DNA of 52,977 nt, filler included, from Bipalium vagum (taxonomy: Eukaryota), in the NCBI GenBank assembly GCA_037834085.1. It is 3 parts of 3 records of this genome, joined end to end, with 100 filler letters (N's around TTAATTAATTAA, not from the genome) between each part and the next. Parts side by side here need not be neighbours in the genome. Positions count along the whole stretch, not along the records: positions 19,900 to 37,213 come from JBBMKC010071700.1; positions 37,314 to 52,977 come from JBBMKC010153318.1; 1 more part is not named here. One strand, written 5' to 3'. Under the pieces are notes generated by a model, which saw only the letters and a program-made list of their open reading frames with translations, was not told the origin of the DNA and searched no databases. The first letter of the stretch is position 1. Each line of letters starts with the position of its first letter. A program made the translations under genes and the position numbers. Below are positions 24,008 to 38,490 of the stretch, piece by piece.

Positions 24008-27000
24008 TATTAAGATGATTTCATTCTACTAGAGAAAAATACACAAAAATTTAATTGTGAAAAGAAACTGAAAAATATTATTCAGTCATCTTTTTTTAAA
24101 TGACATGAAGTTAAAACTAATGTCAAGCTCAGATTTTCGATGAGCTTTTTGAAGTTATCTGGAAATGTTTAATAAGAAGGTACTTACGAAGCGTTCTTGT
24201 AATTATAGATAATACAATGTGCAAATTAAATAATTAATCTTAAAAGATATTGTTGACATACTTGTTAAATGTTTTTTTTATTCCAATCAGTATAACATAA
24301 AATATCTTAAAATAGGAAAAAAATTGATTATTTATTAAGTAATTCAGTAATTAATATTGTTTTCGATACTCTTAATTTTAATTAAAGAAATTTTAGATGT
24401 AAAAAATTCATTTTTCTGTTTTCAAAAAAAATATTTTTTTGTTCTAAAAGTAATATTTATAAAAAATGACAATTGGAAATTTATTATATTTCATATATAG
24501 AAAAATACACGATGATTGATTTATTTAACAATGATTTATATATTACAATTATATTGATTACAATAATTTATTTTATATTTATATTTATTTATTAAAATTA
24601 TACAAATATGTTATGATGATGATTTCCATATTTGTTGTGGGATTTAATTAATTTTTTATTACATTATTGTTTTCACTTGTTACATTTTCTTTTTATGAAT
24701 AAAACCAAATTATTCGTTAATGAAAATTATCATTGCATACCTGTAAATCAATTATTGGATTTTATGTGATATAGTCAAAATTATATTTACGACGGATGGG
24801 TTTCGATAAAATTTTCAAAATATATTTACATTTAAATTATACAAAAATAATGCTTAAAAAATCGATAAAGCATAAATGTTAATGTGAAAAAAAGTTTTTC
24901 TTCTTACAATTTAATTTTTGTAGCATCTTTATTATATGAAATTAATATTAAAAATTTCATTTTGTTATTAATTATTGTTTTACTTTAAGAAAATAATTAC
25001 ATAGACTGCAATAATTAATTTTATATTATAAATTATTCACGAATCATATTGTTGGTATAGAGAGATAAGAATTTTTATCAGAATTAATTTGAGGTTATCT
25101 TTAACAAAATTTTATTAAAAATAATTAATTTTTAATGAGTAAATATAAACAAAAGCTCAATAGTTTTAAAATAATTAATTAATTTGAAAATAATTAGAAA
25201 AATTGTGAAAGGGCTTTACTTAATTTATATTAAACAAAGTTGATGGGAAAATTCCACAATTTTTTTAAAACTACTTTTTAACAGGCTTGTAAAAAATTGA
25301 TCAAGTTATGTTAAGATTTGATTGAAAAAACCCTTCATCCTCAAGCTGAAAATTCTGGTTTCAAAAATTAAAATCAATTGACTTTGACATGAATAAAAAG
25401 GGCTACCTAAAAGTTTGAAGATTATTCTACGGGAATTTCTTTGGAATAAAATCCCTACTGACAAATATATAAAGTTTGATTAGGAAGTACAAAGCATAAA
25501 TCAAAGAAAATTTCATTCGATAGGAAAAATTAAACGAAAATTGTTTTCCCTGATTTGAGAGAAAGTATAAGCAATGGTCGTTTAAGTATAATCACTCTTT
25601 TAATTACTATTCAAAGAAATATTTTTATGGATAATTAGTACGGGCGTACAAAACCAGATTTATTTCAATAATATAAATGAAAACCCAGACCAAACATTAA
25701 TGAAAATATTATTGAAATTGAAGCAGAGTCATGAAGGAATGACATCATCACTAATTGAAAAGTTGAATGTATTAATCAAAAATAGATGTCATACCCAGAA
25801 ATAGTGATTTTTAAAACTTTAACCAACTGTTAGACTTACATTGGGAAGTTTTCCATATTTAGTGTACGATCAACGAAATATTATCTGGTAAATACATATC
25901 CCAATATGGAAGCAAACGTTCCATAATTCTGTGACTGAATGGAGTTATACTTAAGAGAAATTATTTAACTGTTATGAAAAGCTTCCATTCCCAAGACACT
26001 GACTATTTCTTATTTTAATATGTCTATTGTTGCGAAATACATATTAAAATAATTCAAACATTAATATAGTAAATACAACATAAGTATTACTTAATAAGAA
26101 ATTGAACATTTTAAAGCAACACTTCTAAGCAACATTTACTAAATTTAGTAGTAATAAAACAATTCACATTTGCAAAAATAGCACTTTATGCGGGATATGT
26201 TGGATAGAATGTGTAAGATTGAAGAATATAATCCGTTAAATTATTCTTTGGATTATAGGCATATCAAGATTTTTGAACGAAGGATCAAACTAATCAATTT
26301 TTAAAGCTTTGGCAGCCAAAGTTCTAAGAAGTTATTTTGGAAATATAATGTAATGAATCAATATTATTAACTGAAACAGATTATTTATTAATGCAATAAT
26401 GAATAATATAATAAGGAATTTTATTGCAATTCTTTAAGTACTGGAATTGTGACATTGCAAATTAGACATAATGCTTTATTGTTTGACTGAAAAAATAACA
26501 TACGTTCCATTTTTTTCTTAAAAACTCTGCATTCAGAATCAATTTTTCGTTTTTTCTTTAGCTAACATTTTTGCCTAGACCTACTTTATCTAACCCTGAA
26601 AAAGACTAATTATTAAAAAGATAATATATTTATATTATATTATGAGTGGTTAAAATTATTGTTGGCAGTCTGTATAATCAAATTAGAAACTTCAAACTTT
26701 AAACAAGGTATTATTATCGATTGTTAGTACAAGTAAAATTATACAAAAACAGTTACTAAATATAGTTTATAATAAAATCAATATAATCTAAGTATTAAAC
26801 CACGAGTTTTACGGAGTTAAATGAAATTCCGTACAACGGAATATAAAATCCAGTTTTTTTTGTTTAGTTTCGTCAAAGCCCGGTTTTCGATATTTTGCAT
26901 TTGTTTTACATTTGTTGAGAACTTTGGAGGTTGGGATTTGTAATTTTTATTTCATTACATTTTTTATAAAAGCATTTCACTTTTAATGGTATACGATTCG

Positions 27001-27387
27001 TATAGTCTTTAGGTGATGGCACATGTCAGGGTGAAATTAAGATCGTTAAGGAATGAGAGTAAAAAGATAGGTGTAACTCATTCTTATTATGTATATTGAA
27101 GATCATTTTATAAAAGTTGATAATTTCAATCTTCAATAAAAATGGTTTTATATAAAGGGAGAACTTTTTCATGGTATTAGTCATATTGGTTTTCATATTC
27201 AATAATTAAAAACTTAATTTATAAATAACTTTTTCAACTTTATTTCCATCATCATTTCTAATCAGTGGTAAAATATTTTATCATGTAATTTCTTTAGTAT
27301 TTTTAAATTAAATGAGAAAATAAAAGTCAATTAACGGGTAACTAATAATATATAGAATGTACTAAATCACTTAAAGTACTATTATCA

Positions 27388-27418
<31 letters not shown>

Positions 27419-28113
27419 ATTTTATATTATTTTATATTATTATTATATAATTTTGATTTATACTTTTCCAAGATCTTTAAGAACTGAGTGCATATATGCA
27501 TTATCTACTTTTATCATTATCAAATAAAACTGATCTGACTGCTTGAGTTTCTATCTCGAAGCAAACAAATCATTTGATAATGTTCCTGAAATAGATTATT
27601 ATGGAGATATAAATTGTTAATTAATATTGACAAAAACAAAAACATTAGTTTTTATAGTTGATATTGCCAATTTTGAACTCTTTCATTATATTCAAATCAT
27701 AACAGAACTTTGGCAAAATATTAAAAAATACCCAGTTTCGAATTTCTAGTTATTTTTATCTTAATTTATGAGATAATTATTTTATTATTAATATAAATAA
27801 TATATTTTATAATGAAGAGTCTACAATCTATTTTAATTCTTCACTTAATTAAGTTACGTTCTGTTCAAATTGTATTATAAATATAAAATTGATATAATTA
27901 TAAGTGCTTTCAAATTTGAATTTTTTAAAAAGGTTAATTAATGATTTTTTATGTTCTGTATTGCTTTTTTTTATTTGTATTATATGTATTTATTTATATT
28001 TCTTATATTTATTTACAGCTAATCGTTTTTTCTAAATTGAAGTTCTTCACATTTTAAATTTAATCATTATAATTATTTATTTATTAATTTATTATATTTA
28101 TATATTATAAGTA

Positions 28114-28836
28114 TAGTAGTCCACTTAATATGATAAAAGTATAATGCCCAGATTTTTTCTATGTAAATTAAATAAAATAATCTGTGTATCGGAATCAAAA
28201 ATTCGGTTTATGTTATTAATTTATATAAATTAAATTTTATCATCTAATGTTGGGGAAGCTTATCGTAGAGAACTCAATCATAAACTCATTCGAAAAGAGT
28301 GGATTTTTAAAACTAGATTCTGAATTTCACAAATTTTATGATGTTGCTAGCGATATCTTTGATCAACAATCAGATGGTATGTCAAAAAAAGAATTATATG
28401 TGGCTAGATATTGATAATGATGTCCAAAAAACAGCAGTGACAACTTCAGACATTTATCGATCTCTTATAAATTCCAATATATCACTAAAAAATGAAAATA
28501 AAATTGAAAAGATAAAATTCTAGAAAATCCACTAACTGATTTGTAAATGCAAAAAGATTTCGCCGCGGTGCTCAGCATCGTGCGAAAAACACTCAGAAAC
28601 ATTAAGAATATGAACAATTCAAGGCAGTATTGAACGCAAAGAGACATCAAAAAACACAGAATGAATATTTCTAATAAAACATAAAATGTGACTTTAGGGA
28701 AGTGTAAAAATTTTAAATAAAATGTTTTTTATGTTGATATAATAAAATCGATAGGTACCGTAATTTTTTATCTCCTTCGGTTAATGTTATCAAAACTAGG
28801 AGGTCCCAATGTGATCATATTAGGCAGATTCTACTG
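28114..28836 (+). mobile_element. Internally deleted pogo/Tigger-like transposon
   Basis: The right end reads TA-CAGTAGAATCTGCCTAATATGAT on the minus strand; the left end reads TA-TAGTAGTCCACTTAATATGAT. Internal W.SLS...IINSFEKSGF and WLDIDNDVQ resemble Tigger/CENP-B-family C-termini. Confidence 0.55.
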
Positions 28837-29395
28837 TAAAACTTAGGTATCAGTTATTATTTTTATTGAGATTTAATTTCTGATTTTGATTTTTGTGTGC
28901 ACTGTGATAAAATATGTGTAAAATATATTTTGTATGTTATTATTTTATTTAATTCATATTTTTTTAGCTCCGAGTTTTGATGAAAAAATAATCGACTGAG
29001 ATCATTAAGAAATTTATTGAACATTTTGAGATTGTTTTAATCAATCTGATATATTGAAATAGATTAAACAATCAATCAAATATCTTTCAAAACATTAACA
29101 AGTTTTAAAATTGAATTTGTATACGGAATCTTTTTATTATAATGTTTTTAAAATAAAATATTTAATTTTAATTAAAATTTTTGGTAAAATCAAAAAAATA
29201 TGATACTTCCTAAAAATAGATTAGACTGATGTAACGCTCATTATTCACGATACACTCATCCTGATTGCAAAGTGATTAATTTTCCAATTGCAGTGAATAT
29301 AACAAATTAGAAATATGTTATTTTTATAAATTGTTTTAATTTTCTCATTAAATGATTCCAGCTACAAAAAATTTAATTTGTTTAAACATTTCCAG

Positions 29396-32300
29396 ACTTT
29401 AATAAACAGTGTTCCTGGAGCGAACTGTGTTCCTATTCGAAACGAAAGAATGAAAATTGAAGCAACCATGACTGATTTTATATTCGACATTAATACAGAA
29501 ATTGAAAAGCTTGAAGAATTAGAAGTAGCCATTGAAGATCTGAGAATGAATGTGCTCAACAGAAAATGTAGAGTGAACATCGACGAGGTTGAGATGTTGG
29601 CCTTGCATCTGAGTAAAATAAGCAAATGTTTGGCTAATAATAAAGGTAGTTCTCTATTCTGTGTTAATTTTTCGTTATCTTTATTCTCCATTCCATATTT
29701 TATTAAATAAAATTTTGAAAAATCGCAATTTTTTAATTAGTATCGATTGAAACAATTTTAATAATTATTTAGAAAAATCTAATTTTCTTCTTTTTCTCCG
29801 CTGATTATATCTAATCGAAATTTAAAAAGATTTCATTTCTTTGAAATACTATTCGCTTAAAAAAATGAAAAATAAATCAAAACAATTTTTCTTTTGCTTT
29901 GTTGAAAACAAGTTTCTCTGTGAAATGAAATTTTTAAAGGTTTTCTTGTGCAAAGAATATTCAATAAATTCGATTTATATTTGTTATGATAATCACATGT
30001 TTCAGAAAAGTTTCGGTTGTAAAATAATCAGTGAGGCCTCTGACGAACGTGAAGATTAATGTAAATTTTATGGAGAAATTGTCAAAATAGTAAATGGAAA
30101 TGACAATTATATCGAGCCCTGCTTTTAAGTGTTCCTAGACAGTTAAATTAAATTAATTAATTATTCATTAATTAAAATATTTGATACTCCTTGAAACTGA
30201 GATGGGGGGGAGTAAGCAAGCAGAATTGTTTTAAATGAGTTGGGAAATTAATGGAAAGTTACTAACTATGTAAACGGATATTGATTAAAATGTCCAAATA
30301 AAGAGGAAATAAATAAATAATATTAGAAATATATTGAATATTGTCACTAAAAATATTGCTAAAAAAAGATCGTCCTCAGCGATTCCTTATTAGACGACGA
30401 TAGGAGATTTACTAAATTTGAGAATAGCAGTTCATGTTGCTTTGGATTAAATCGAAATAAATAAGTTTCATATTCAGTCGAGCGAACCCGAGCTTGATAT
30501 TTTCATTGTTTTTCTCTGTGAATAGGATAAAGGATACTTTTTTAGATTCCAGGTTTCACCAGTTAAGCTAATTTCTTTTCGATTTGTGCATTTAGATTTA
30601 TAAATATTGCAAACAAATTGACATTGTATTCAGTTATATTATTAATAAATATTTTAATGTATCGAAAATATCAATAGTGAAAATTAATCCTAATCGATGT
30701 CTGTTTATTTATTATTTCAAGATATATAAATTTCAAATTTTTGTATTAAATTTCATTATATTATTATTAATAATATTATTTTTTTTATTAAATAATAAAT
30801 TAAAAGATTTAATAATAATAATAATAATAATTCCTGATTTATTTTGTTTCACTTTTTATATTTTTCATGAAAATGTCAATCCCGGAGGATATTTGAAATT
30901 ATTTATTTTATTTATTTGAAAAACTCATTTCAATGAAAAATATTTATTGAGAATGCTTCTCTTCGATATTTTTAAAAATCTGTCATGACATTTTCATGTC
31001 TAGGAAATGTTTCAGACGTGAAGATTTTCTCAATAGAAATAACTTTTTCATGTACTTGAAAATTGTTTTATTAATTGCATTTTAAATATTTTTTATGTGC
31101 TGATATATAAAACACAGTTTTAATTTATAACAAAGAATTTAAAAGAATATTAGCCTCGGTGTCATTTTTTTTCATAACGTTTTCCATCTATTGACCTATT
31201 TTCACTATATAAACTAATACAAATAATGGTTAAAATGTTTCCTCCCATTTTTGTATCGACACTAAGTTATACAAAATATAATATTTTTTATATTATATAA
31301 TTTAAAATTTTTTAAGAAAATTAAAAAAATATTATTAAATATTTTCCCAATTATAAAATTATATTTTATGTTAATGCTTAATAATTATTTATTTTTAAAT
31401 TAATTTTTTTCTAAAGAAAATGGTGCAGTCTTCTTTCAAATTTTACCTTTATTATTCAACGATGAAGTGATGCAAATGTATTGTGGGTTTCAATAGAATA
31501 AATGTAGGATATGTTTACAATAATGACAAAAAAAATTAGTCTATGGTACATTCTCCTTTATTGTTTATAACTTCCTCTCAAGGTCCAGGTTACTTTTCCA
31601 GCCATTGTTTAGCCAGGTTTGAACGAGAAGAGATTTTCCTACCAATTCATGATTTATGCATCAACCCAATAAATAGACGAGATTTAATTATATAATTTTC
31701 GTATATTATTGTTGTAAGCAATCTTGGTGTATAGGTTTTCATAGTCTGCTAATCAATTATTGAAAAATTACTATAAAGCCTTCTAAATTATTAAATTCTA
31801 ATTATGTTTCTTTACACAAAAAGTTTCATTTTTGAAAATTATTATCCTGTGCTGAATTTTACTTATCATTAAAATACATTTTTCAAATTTTTCTCAACTT
31901 ACATAAAATTATATAATAAAATATTATATAAATTTTTTAATTTAACTTGAAAATAAATAGTCTGCTTATAAATTCTTAGGTTTCTTTTAATATTTTTTTC
32001 TTTTCTGCAAATTCAAGTGTTTTATAAAATGTTTGCTTGGACAATTTTAATTTTGAAATATATTGACTTTAATGGTACTGAACAATTACATGATAAACAC
32101 GAAATAAAATTATAATGAGGACAAAACCTAAAAGAGATGTGTTAAAACAAAATAAGAATAATTAAGAGGGTGGTTTGAAAATTTCGCGAAATGAGAAAGA
32201 AAAAAATTATTTTAACAAAAATCACATTATTTTTCAACACAATCTCCCTTAAAATCAATGCACTTCTGCAAACAATGTTCTAAGACTAAAAAATGATTTA

Positions 32301-33340
32301 CTGCTTCATGAGTCTCCTCTGTTGTGGAAAGGCGCTTTTTACCAGGAAAAATTTTCTATTTTTAGGAGCAGGTGAAAGTCGGAGTGAAATGTTGAAGAAT
32401 CTCGTACTTTAATTCATTGTGTTTTGCCACTGTAATTAATGTCGTATGTGGATGTGCATTATCTTGATGAAAAATGATTTCCTTTTTTGCAAACCGGGTC
32501 TTTTTTCATTAATGATGGTATCTAACTTATCCAACAGTTTTACGTAATACTCTCCATTTTTCGTTTATGCAGATAATCTATGATAAGAATTCCTTTGGCA
32601 TCCCAAAATATTGATGCCATAACTTTACCACAAATTTAGCGGTCATCGCTTTTTTTTGGAGGTGGAGAGTTCCGATGTCTCCACTGTTTAGATTACATGT
32701 TGCTTTCTGAAGTTTAATAATGAACCCATATCTCATCTGTTTTAACAAATTTAGTAACAGTAACAATCTGTATGATGCCTTAGTTATACAAATTTTTTTA
32801 ATGCTATATTTACCGAACTTTTAAACCACCCACGTGGCATAGCTCAGAGATATTTTAGTTTTCCATTTTCTAAAACAATTTAATTTGTAATAATCAATTT
32901 TTCAATAAAATTTCGTTTGATAAATAATCGAATTAGTCTTATAATTTTGGTTCATAATATTGATCTAATTTTATTTAATTTTATCGTCTAAAATCTACAG
33001 AAAAGGTTTAATGAAGACGAAAAATTCTTACTTAAACTATTTAATGACTTTATTGTAAAAATTTTAAAATTAAAATAAAAAATGGAATAAAAAGGATGAA
33101 TAAATAATGTTTATTTATGAATAATTGTATATTTTTAAAGATAAATAGAATTTTATTCAAATTTTATCTTCTTTTATCAAAATTGGGACAGTTATTAAAT
33201 TTTATCTCCTTTTATTATAAACATTTAATTTGATTAAAATAAACTTTGAATTTTCGTTTTTCAGCTGATTTCCCAGAATTGGAATTAAAATTGAAACAAA
33301 TATTGCAAACCGAAAGCGAAATGATCAGAATGGATGAAAA
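29396..33340 (+). CDS. Partial gene: AIP3-domain coiled-coil protein (SRCIN1/KIAA1217/CG32809 family), two exons
   Basis: Exon 29396-29645 (alternative in-frame acceptor at 29362) splices in phase 1 to exon 33265-33340. The product is VPIRNERMKIE...LEELEVAIEDLRMNVLNRKCRVNIDEVEMLALHLSKISKCLANNK-ADFPELELKLKQILQTESEMIRMDEK, matching my recollection of this family's LR.NV.NR.CRVN..DVE.MAL...RFP.L motif. Flanking exons were not found. Confidence 0.75.
32165..32834 (-). mobile_element. Internally deleted mariner inside the AIP3-gene intron
   Basis: TIR pair GAGGGTGGTTTGAAAATTTCG / CGAACTTTTAAACCACCCAC. Minus-strand relics YYVKLLDKL, IIFHQDNAHPH and SDFHLLLK. Confidence 0.85.
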
Positions 33341-36059
33341 GTATGATTATTTATAAAGACAAATACTTTAGATATATTGACAAAAGTTTTTATTTTAAAA
33401 TTGAAACATGATTAAATTATAATTCTACTGATTACGAATAATGACTCCCAATATTATTTAATGTACATGAAGCCCAGTATCTATTTTTCTTTGCAAATTG
33501 GTCTTTTTAATCAATTTTCAGACCGACCCAATTTAACCAAACAGAGATCATGAGTTTATTTGGAGGAAAATCACGTTTATTTCCTGTGCCACTCAGGTTT
33601 GTATACACACAAAATTATTCATCCCATGATAATTCAATGAAAAACCTTTTCCTTGTGGGCTATTGTTGCTCGGCGTCTACTACTAAAACCTTTTGTAACT
33701 TATTTAATTTATCTTTTTAAAGCATTCCTGAATGTTTTGTTGATCAAAGTCTAGTTTTAGACATTTTTCAAGAAGATTTTTCAGGAAAATTTGGCCTGTG
33801 CATTATTATGTAATATATTATAACCAGTAACATTCAGAGATATCCTTAATCAATATTTATAACTTTGGTCTGAAAATTTTCTATGAAATTTCTTCATATT
33901 TAAAATATCAGGATAAACTTGATTTTATTGATTTGAATGATGTTTTTTTAATAAGAAAATCCATTAAAGTTTAAAAAGAAAATTTGGTCTCATGTTATTT
34001 TATCTATCAATTTTAGAAACCCATAGGTTAAAAGTTCAAAAACCGCATAGCACGAATTTTGTAAAGATATTTTCTAGTTTTCCTTAAATCGATTGAAACG
34101 AGGTTATCAAGATTTCTTAATGCTAATTTTATTAAAATATCTGAAATAATTTTTATGCCTATTGAACAGTTAAACATTGGTTAGCTTTACCATTTTTTCA
34201 AAACCCTGTCAGAATGTCGTTCAGCTATTTCTTGATCTTCAATATTTATTTATGATTTTAGGTATTACTTTTTTAATGGGGTAAAGTTTGTCCTCATTTT
34301 ATCTATGTGAAATTTTTTCAGCAGAAGAAACAGTTATATTAGTAGCAGTGTTTCCTACTGGTTTGCGTACTGATACATTGTCATATAATAAGTACATATT
34401 TTCTGGATAAGGCTTTCTTATTTTCTACCTAACTGTTAATACAAAACGTGCGTAGTATTCGCCACTATTTCAAAAATATTCTCAATAAAAGCCATGTCGA
34501 AAATATCCCTGGAATTCCAAAAGACACTGTTTGGCGATTCTTCTTTCGTTCTGCACAATATTCTACAATTTTTAATTTTTCGTCAATTTCTAGAGACACT
34601 TTTAATATCATTGTTTATTTTTGTCCGACTACTTTTAAATTGTAGAAGTAAATTGTAGCTTGGAATTGTACTTCCTCATTATGTAGTTATTGAGGCTGTT
34701 GGACAATTTCTAAAGACTTATATTTAAGTATACTTAAATTAATTTATCTCTAAATAATGTCTTTCATTCTTGTTTCCTTTAGACATCACTCCATATATAT
34801 CTTTTATTAATTTTTAAAAAGAATACCTTAAAATTATCCTGTAGATTTTAAATACTTTTTCAATAACTGAAGAGAATTAAATGAAAATAACTATAATTTA
34901 TTGACAGATAAATATTTACAGAAATTGGACAAAAGAGAAAATGTCATGAATTTCTATATATATGCCTTCCAGTTATAGTCTTTCTTAATGTGCTCTTCAT
35001 ATATTATGTAAAGAAAAGATTAATTATATTTAACTTATTTTAAAACGTGACAATCTCCAAATATTTTTACAATTTTTACATATTATCAAAACTTATGATG
35101 AATTCCTAATGATAAATTGATTTTTATCCGGTTCTAAGGCATTTAGAATACTTTGTATATAAAAAGTATGAAATTTTCGAAGATATGTTCATTAGATTGA
35201 TTAATTGATATTTTTAGAAAAATTGCCCTGAAAACCAATTGTTGTTGTATTACGGTTTTCTAAATATAATCATGAAAATGCGAAGATTAAATAATTTTCA
35301 TTAATATATATTTTTTCAACTTTCCGAGTTCATTTTGAAAATTTCTCATTGAGTGACCTTTATTTTTATGATTATTATATTATATCGACTTTAATTTCCG
35401 TCCTTAGAAATTAAATTTCAATTAAATATATTATATCACAGCTGGAATATAAAAAATATATGGATAACAGAGAAAGAAAATGGTATATGTTATCACTGAT
35501 AAGCAGTCATAGTTATTAAAAACAATCAAGTAGATAGAATGTCAATTATTTCTAACCAATTAAACAATTATAACCTTTGGAAAGGTACTAGTTTTCTGGA
35601 AAATAACGAATAAAAACCAATGAAAATGGCAAATCTTAATAAATTTTTAGATTATCATAAAATGAGGTGAAATCAGTTTTTTTTTCTCTTAATTGAATAA
35701 TTTGTGAAAAATATACCTGAAAAATTTTTTATTCTATAATATAATAAATATAAGTCAAGTGCTTCCATAAAAAGGTTTCTTAATATAATAATAATTATTA
35801 ATTATAACATAAATGTGAATTTAAAATGTCTTCCTAATATTTTTGAATACCCATAATTTTTTGAAATCTAAATTGATAAATTGCATAAAAAATTGATTAT
35901 AGCACCAAGAATAAAAAATTTATAATGAAATTTGATAATTTATTGTGTAATTATTCTGTTTTAAGTTATGATTCATGATATTTACAAAATTTAAATTAAA
36001 AAGTAGTGAATTGAATGAAAAGTCTTCGTATTTTAAGAATAATTCAAAATAGATTTTTT

Positions 36060-36760
36060 ATTATTATAAAAAATTTTATTCAACAGTATATGTACTATTT
36101 TAATCAACGAATTTTCGTCTTATGTCAGGTCATTTAAAAACCCCATTCTTCCAGAATTTCTCTGATTTTAGATCGATTAACACTTCCAGGTAATTTTGGC
36201 AATCATCTAAAAGCTGAAATCTTTTCTATAAAGAGAGTTATGTAAGGATTGGAATATATAAAAATCTTGTGGTACCAGATATGGTGAGTAAGCTGGGTGA
36301 GTATACAGATGAGATTTTTTTATGAGATTTCTTCACTCCTGTAGTCTGTGGGTTTTTTCCACCTTTTCATCAAGATCTTTTTATGCTGTACATTATTATT
36401 ATGTACAATCCATTTATCTTCGTCCGTAATAATTCTTTTGGAAAATTGACTACCTGATTTCGCTTAAATAATGAATTGCATATTGATATTCGATAGATTA
36501 ATCTTTTTCATTTATCACCAAAATATTGTAAAGTCATCTTACCAAAATGGTTTGAAATGGACTTTTGAGATACATTGATAATATTCGCAATGTGATGCGT
36601 TGTAAAATGTAGGTTTTCCTAATCAAACCTTCGATATTTTCATTTTCTGTCAGCAATTATCTTCCTGATCATTCACAATCTTGTATCACTGGCTCACTTC
36701 CTCATAGAAATCAAGTTTTCTGTTTTATCTGCGTTATATTTCTTCTTTTAATCCTATAAT
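36060..36760 (-). mobile_element. Decayed mariner transposase relic
   Basis: Minus-strand KRIITDEDKWIVHNN, HPAYSPYLVPQDFYIFQSLHNSL and KFWKNG. Confidence 0.8.
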
Positions 36761-37213
36761 AATTTCCTATAATATAATCTCATAAGAATATTTTTTGAAA
36801 GAATAACGTCCTTACAATGAGAGCTCTAGTTTGAGTATTAAAACAAAATATGTTTTTTAATCTTTTAAATGATTGACTTTCAGTGTTTTTTTTATTAAAG
36901 TCACTACAAAATAAAGAAGAAGAATTTTTACTCAACTCAATATTAAGTAAAACAAACTGATTCTCCAAGTTATGTAAAATTAAAGATTTTTGGAGTTTGT
37001 TTTTTAAAATTTCTTCTTAATATATTGAACCAAAAGTATCAATTTTCTTATGAAATTAACTATTAGGTTGTAAAGAAATTAATGGCGGTTTATGAAACTT
37101 AATTTTTGCAGTATGAATTAATAAAGGAAAGTTTTATTTTATTAATATAAATTTGTTTTCATATTGAAGCGTAAATTTTAAAAAAGGTATTTCAACAAAA
37201 AAATTTAATAAAT

Positions 37214-37313
37214 NNNNNNNNNNNNNNNNNNNNNNNNNNNNNNNNNNNNNNNNNNNNTTAATTAATTAANNNNNNNNNNNNNNNNNNNNNNNNNNNNNNN
37301 NNNNNNNNNNNNN
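37214..37313. other. Assembly gap with artificial linker
   Basis: 44 N + TTAATTAATTAA + 44 N. Confidence 0.97.
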
Positions 37314-37560
37314 GCAGACCGCAAGGATCAAGGTATAGTCCAAAATATACCACGAAAACGGTGAAATTCGGAGGTAATAGTATCATGGTTAAAGATGGTA
37401 CCAGAGTTCTGGTAAGGTGTCCGGATCGGATGAAATCTGATGCCTACAAAGAGCTACAAAGATGTATTGAAGAGAGGATTGCTCCAAATATATGATGCAG
37501 AGAATATATTTCAATAAGACGCAGCTCCATGCCACAAATCAAAATTGGTGTCTTTTTTTT
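37314..37560 (+). mobile_element. Tc1-like transposase fragment
   Basis: RPQGSRYSPKYTTKTVKFGGNSIMV and FQ*DAAPCHKSK. Confidence 0.75.
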
Positions 37561-38490
37561 GGACATATTATATATTATATATATAACAATATAGTAAAAT
37601 GCATTTTACAAAACCCGCAACCTTAATTAGTTCATTTGTTGTGGAGATTTTTTGTTGAGTTGGTGATAGTTAGCATAAGTAGTCTAACTTGTAAATAATA
37701 ATATTCATTAATCCATCAATAACTTCTGTTGATTAATTGATCAACATCGGTTAAGGTACACTTGGGACTCGAATTCTAAACTGGTTGATCATCCGGTCGT
37801 GTTTCTACAGAATCAAAACATCATTAATATGTGCTGTTCATCTACATTTCTAAAGGATAAGTAAAGAAAACACGAAAAACTAAGGGAATGGGTAATCCAC
37901 TCTAAACGGGCATAAGACTTAGAGACTATCATTCCTGAACGACAATTTCGATTTCCACAAAAATTTTTGAGTCACTGATTCAATACACCATCAATTTATT
38001 CAATTGGTTTGTGTAACATCATATATTTTTCCCAAAGAAAGTTGTGAACATATTTTAAATTACTTCAGAAAATTTTATAAAGTTTACTAATTTATTATTT
38101 AATGAAGTTAAAATCGAATATTTCATTTTCCTTGAAGAAAAAGTTTTGATTCTTAATTTTTTGTAATATATTTATGGTTATTATTATAATTTAGCAATTA
38201 TATAAACTATTATTTATTATATAATTACAAATATAATCAAAGTTTAGATTAAATAATTTTAAACACTTCATTAAAAAACAATTCGAAATTAGACTTTCAG
38301 AGAAAGAAAAACAATGAAACATTAATAGGCAGAAAAAATAATTTTCCATATTTTATTAGACTCTACGAAAACTTTGAAAATATCCTCAAATCGTTTTAAT
38401 TAAAGAAATATTACGAAAACAAGTTTGTTTAAGTGCACTACTTTATGTTTTGTCTTACGACATTTTGAATGTGGGACTTGTAACACAGTG

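Noticed and set aside
27550-27620. YLEANKSFDNVP, like the LINE RT 'LD..KAFD.V' motif
   Set aside because: A single short motif with no supporting neighbouring motifs.
30040-30056. CTGACGA-ACGT-GAAG as a hammerhead variant
   Set aside because: It has GAAG rather than GAAA, and no stem I or stem III partner.
35100-35265. Possible next exons of the AIP3-family gene (NTLYIK / KIALK)
   Set aside because: In-frame stops and no clear acceptor; the similarity is too weak.
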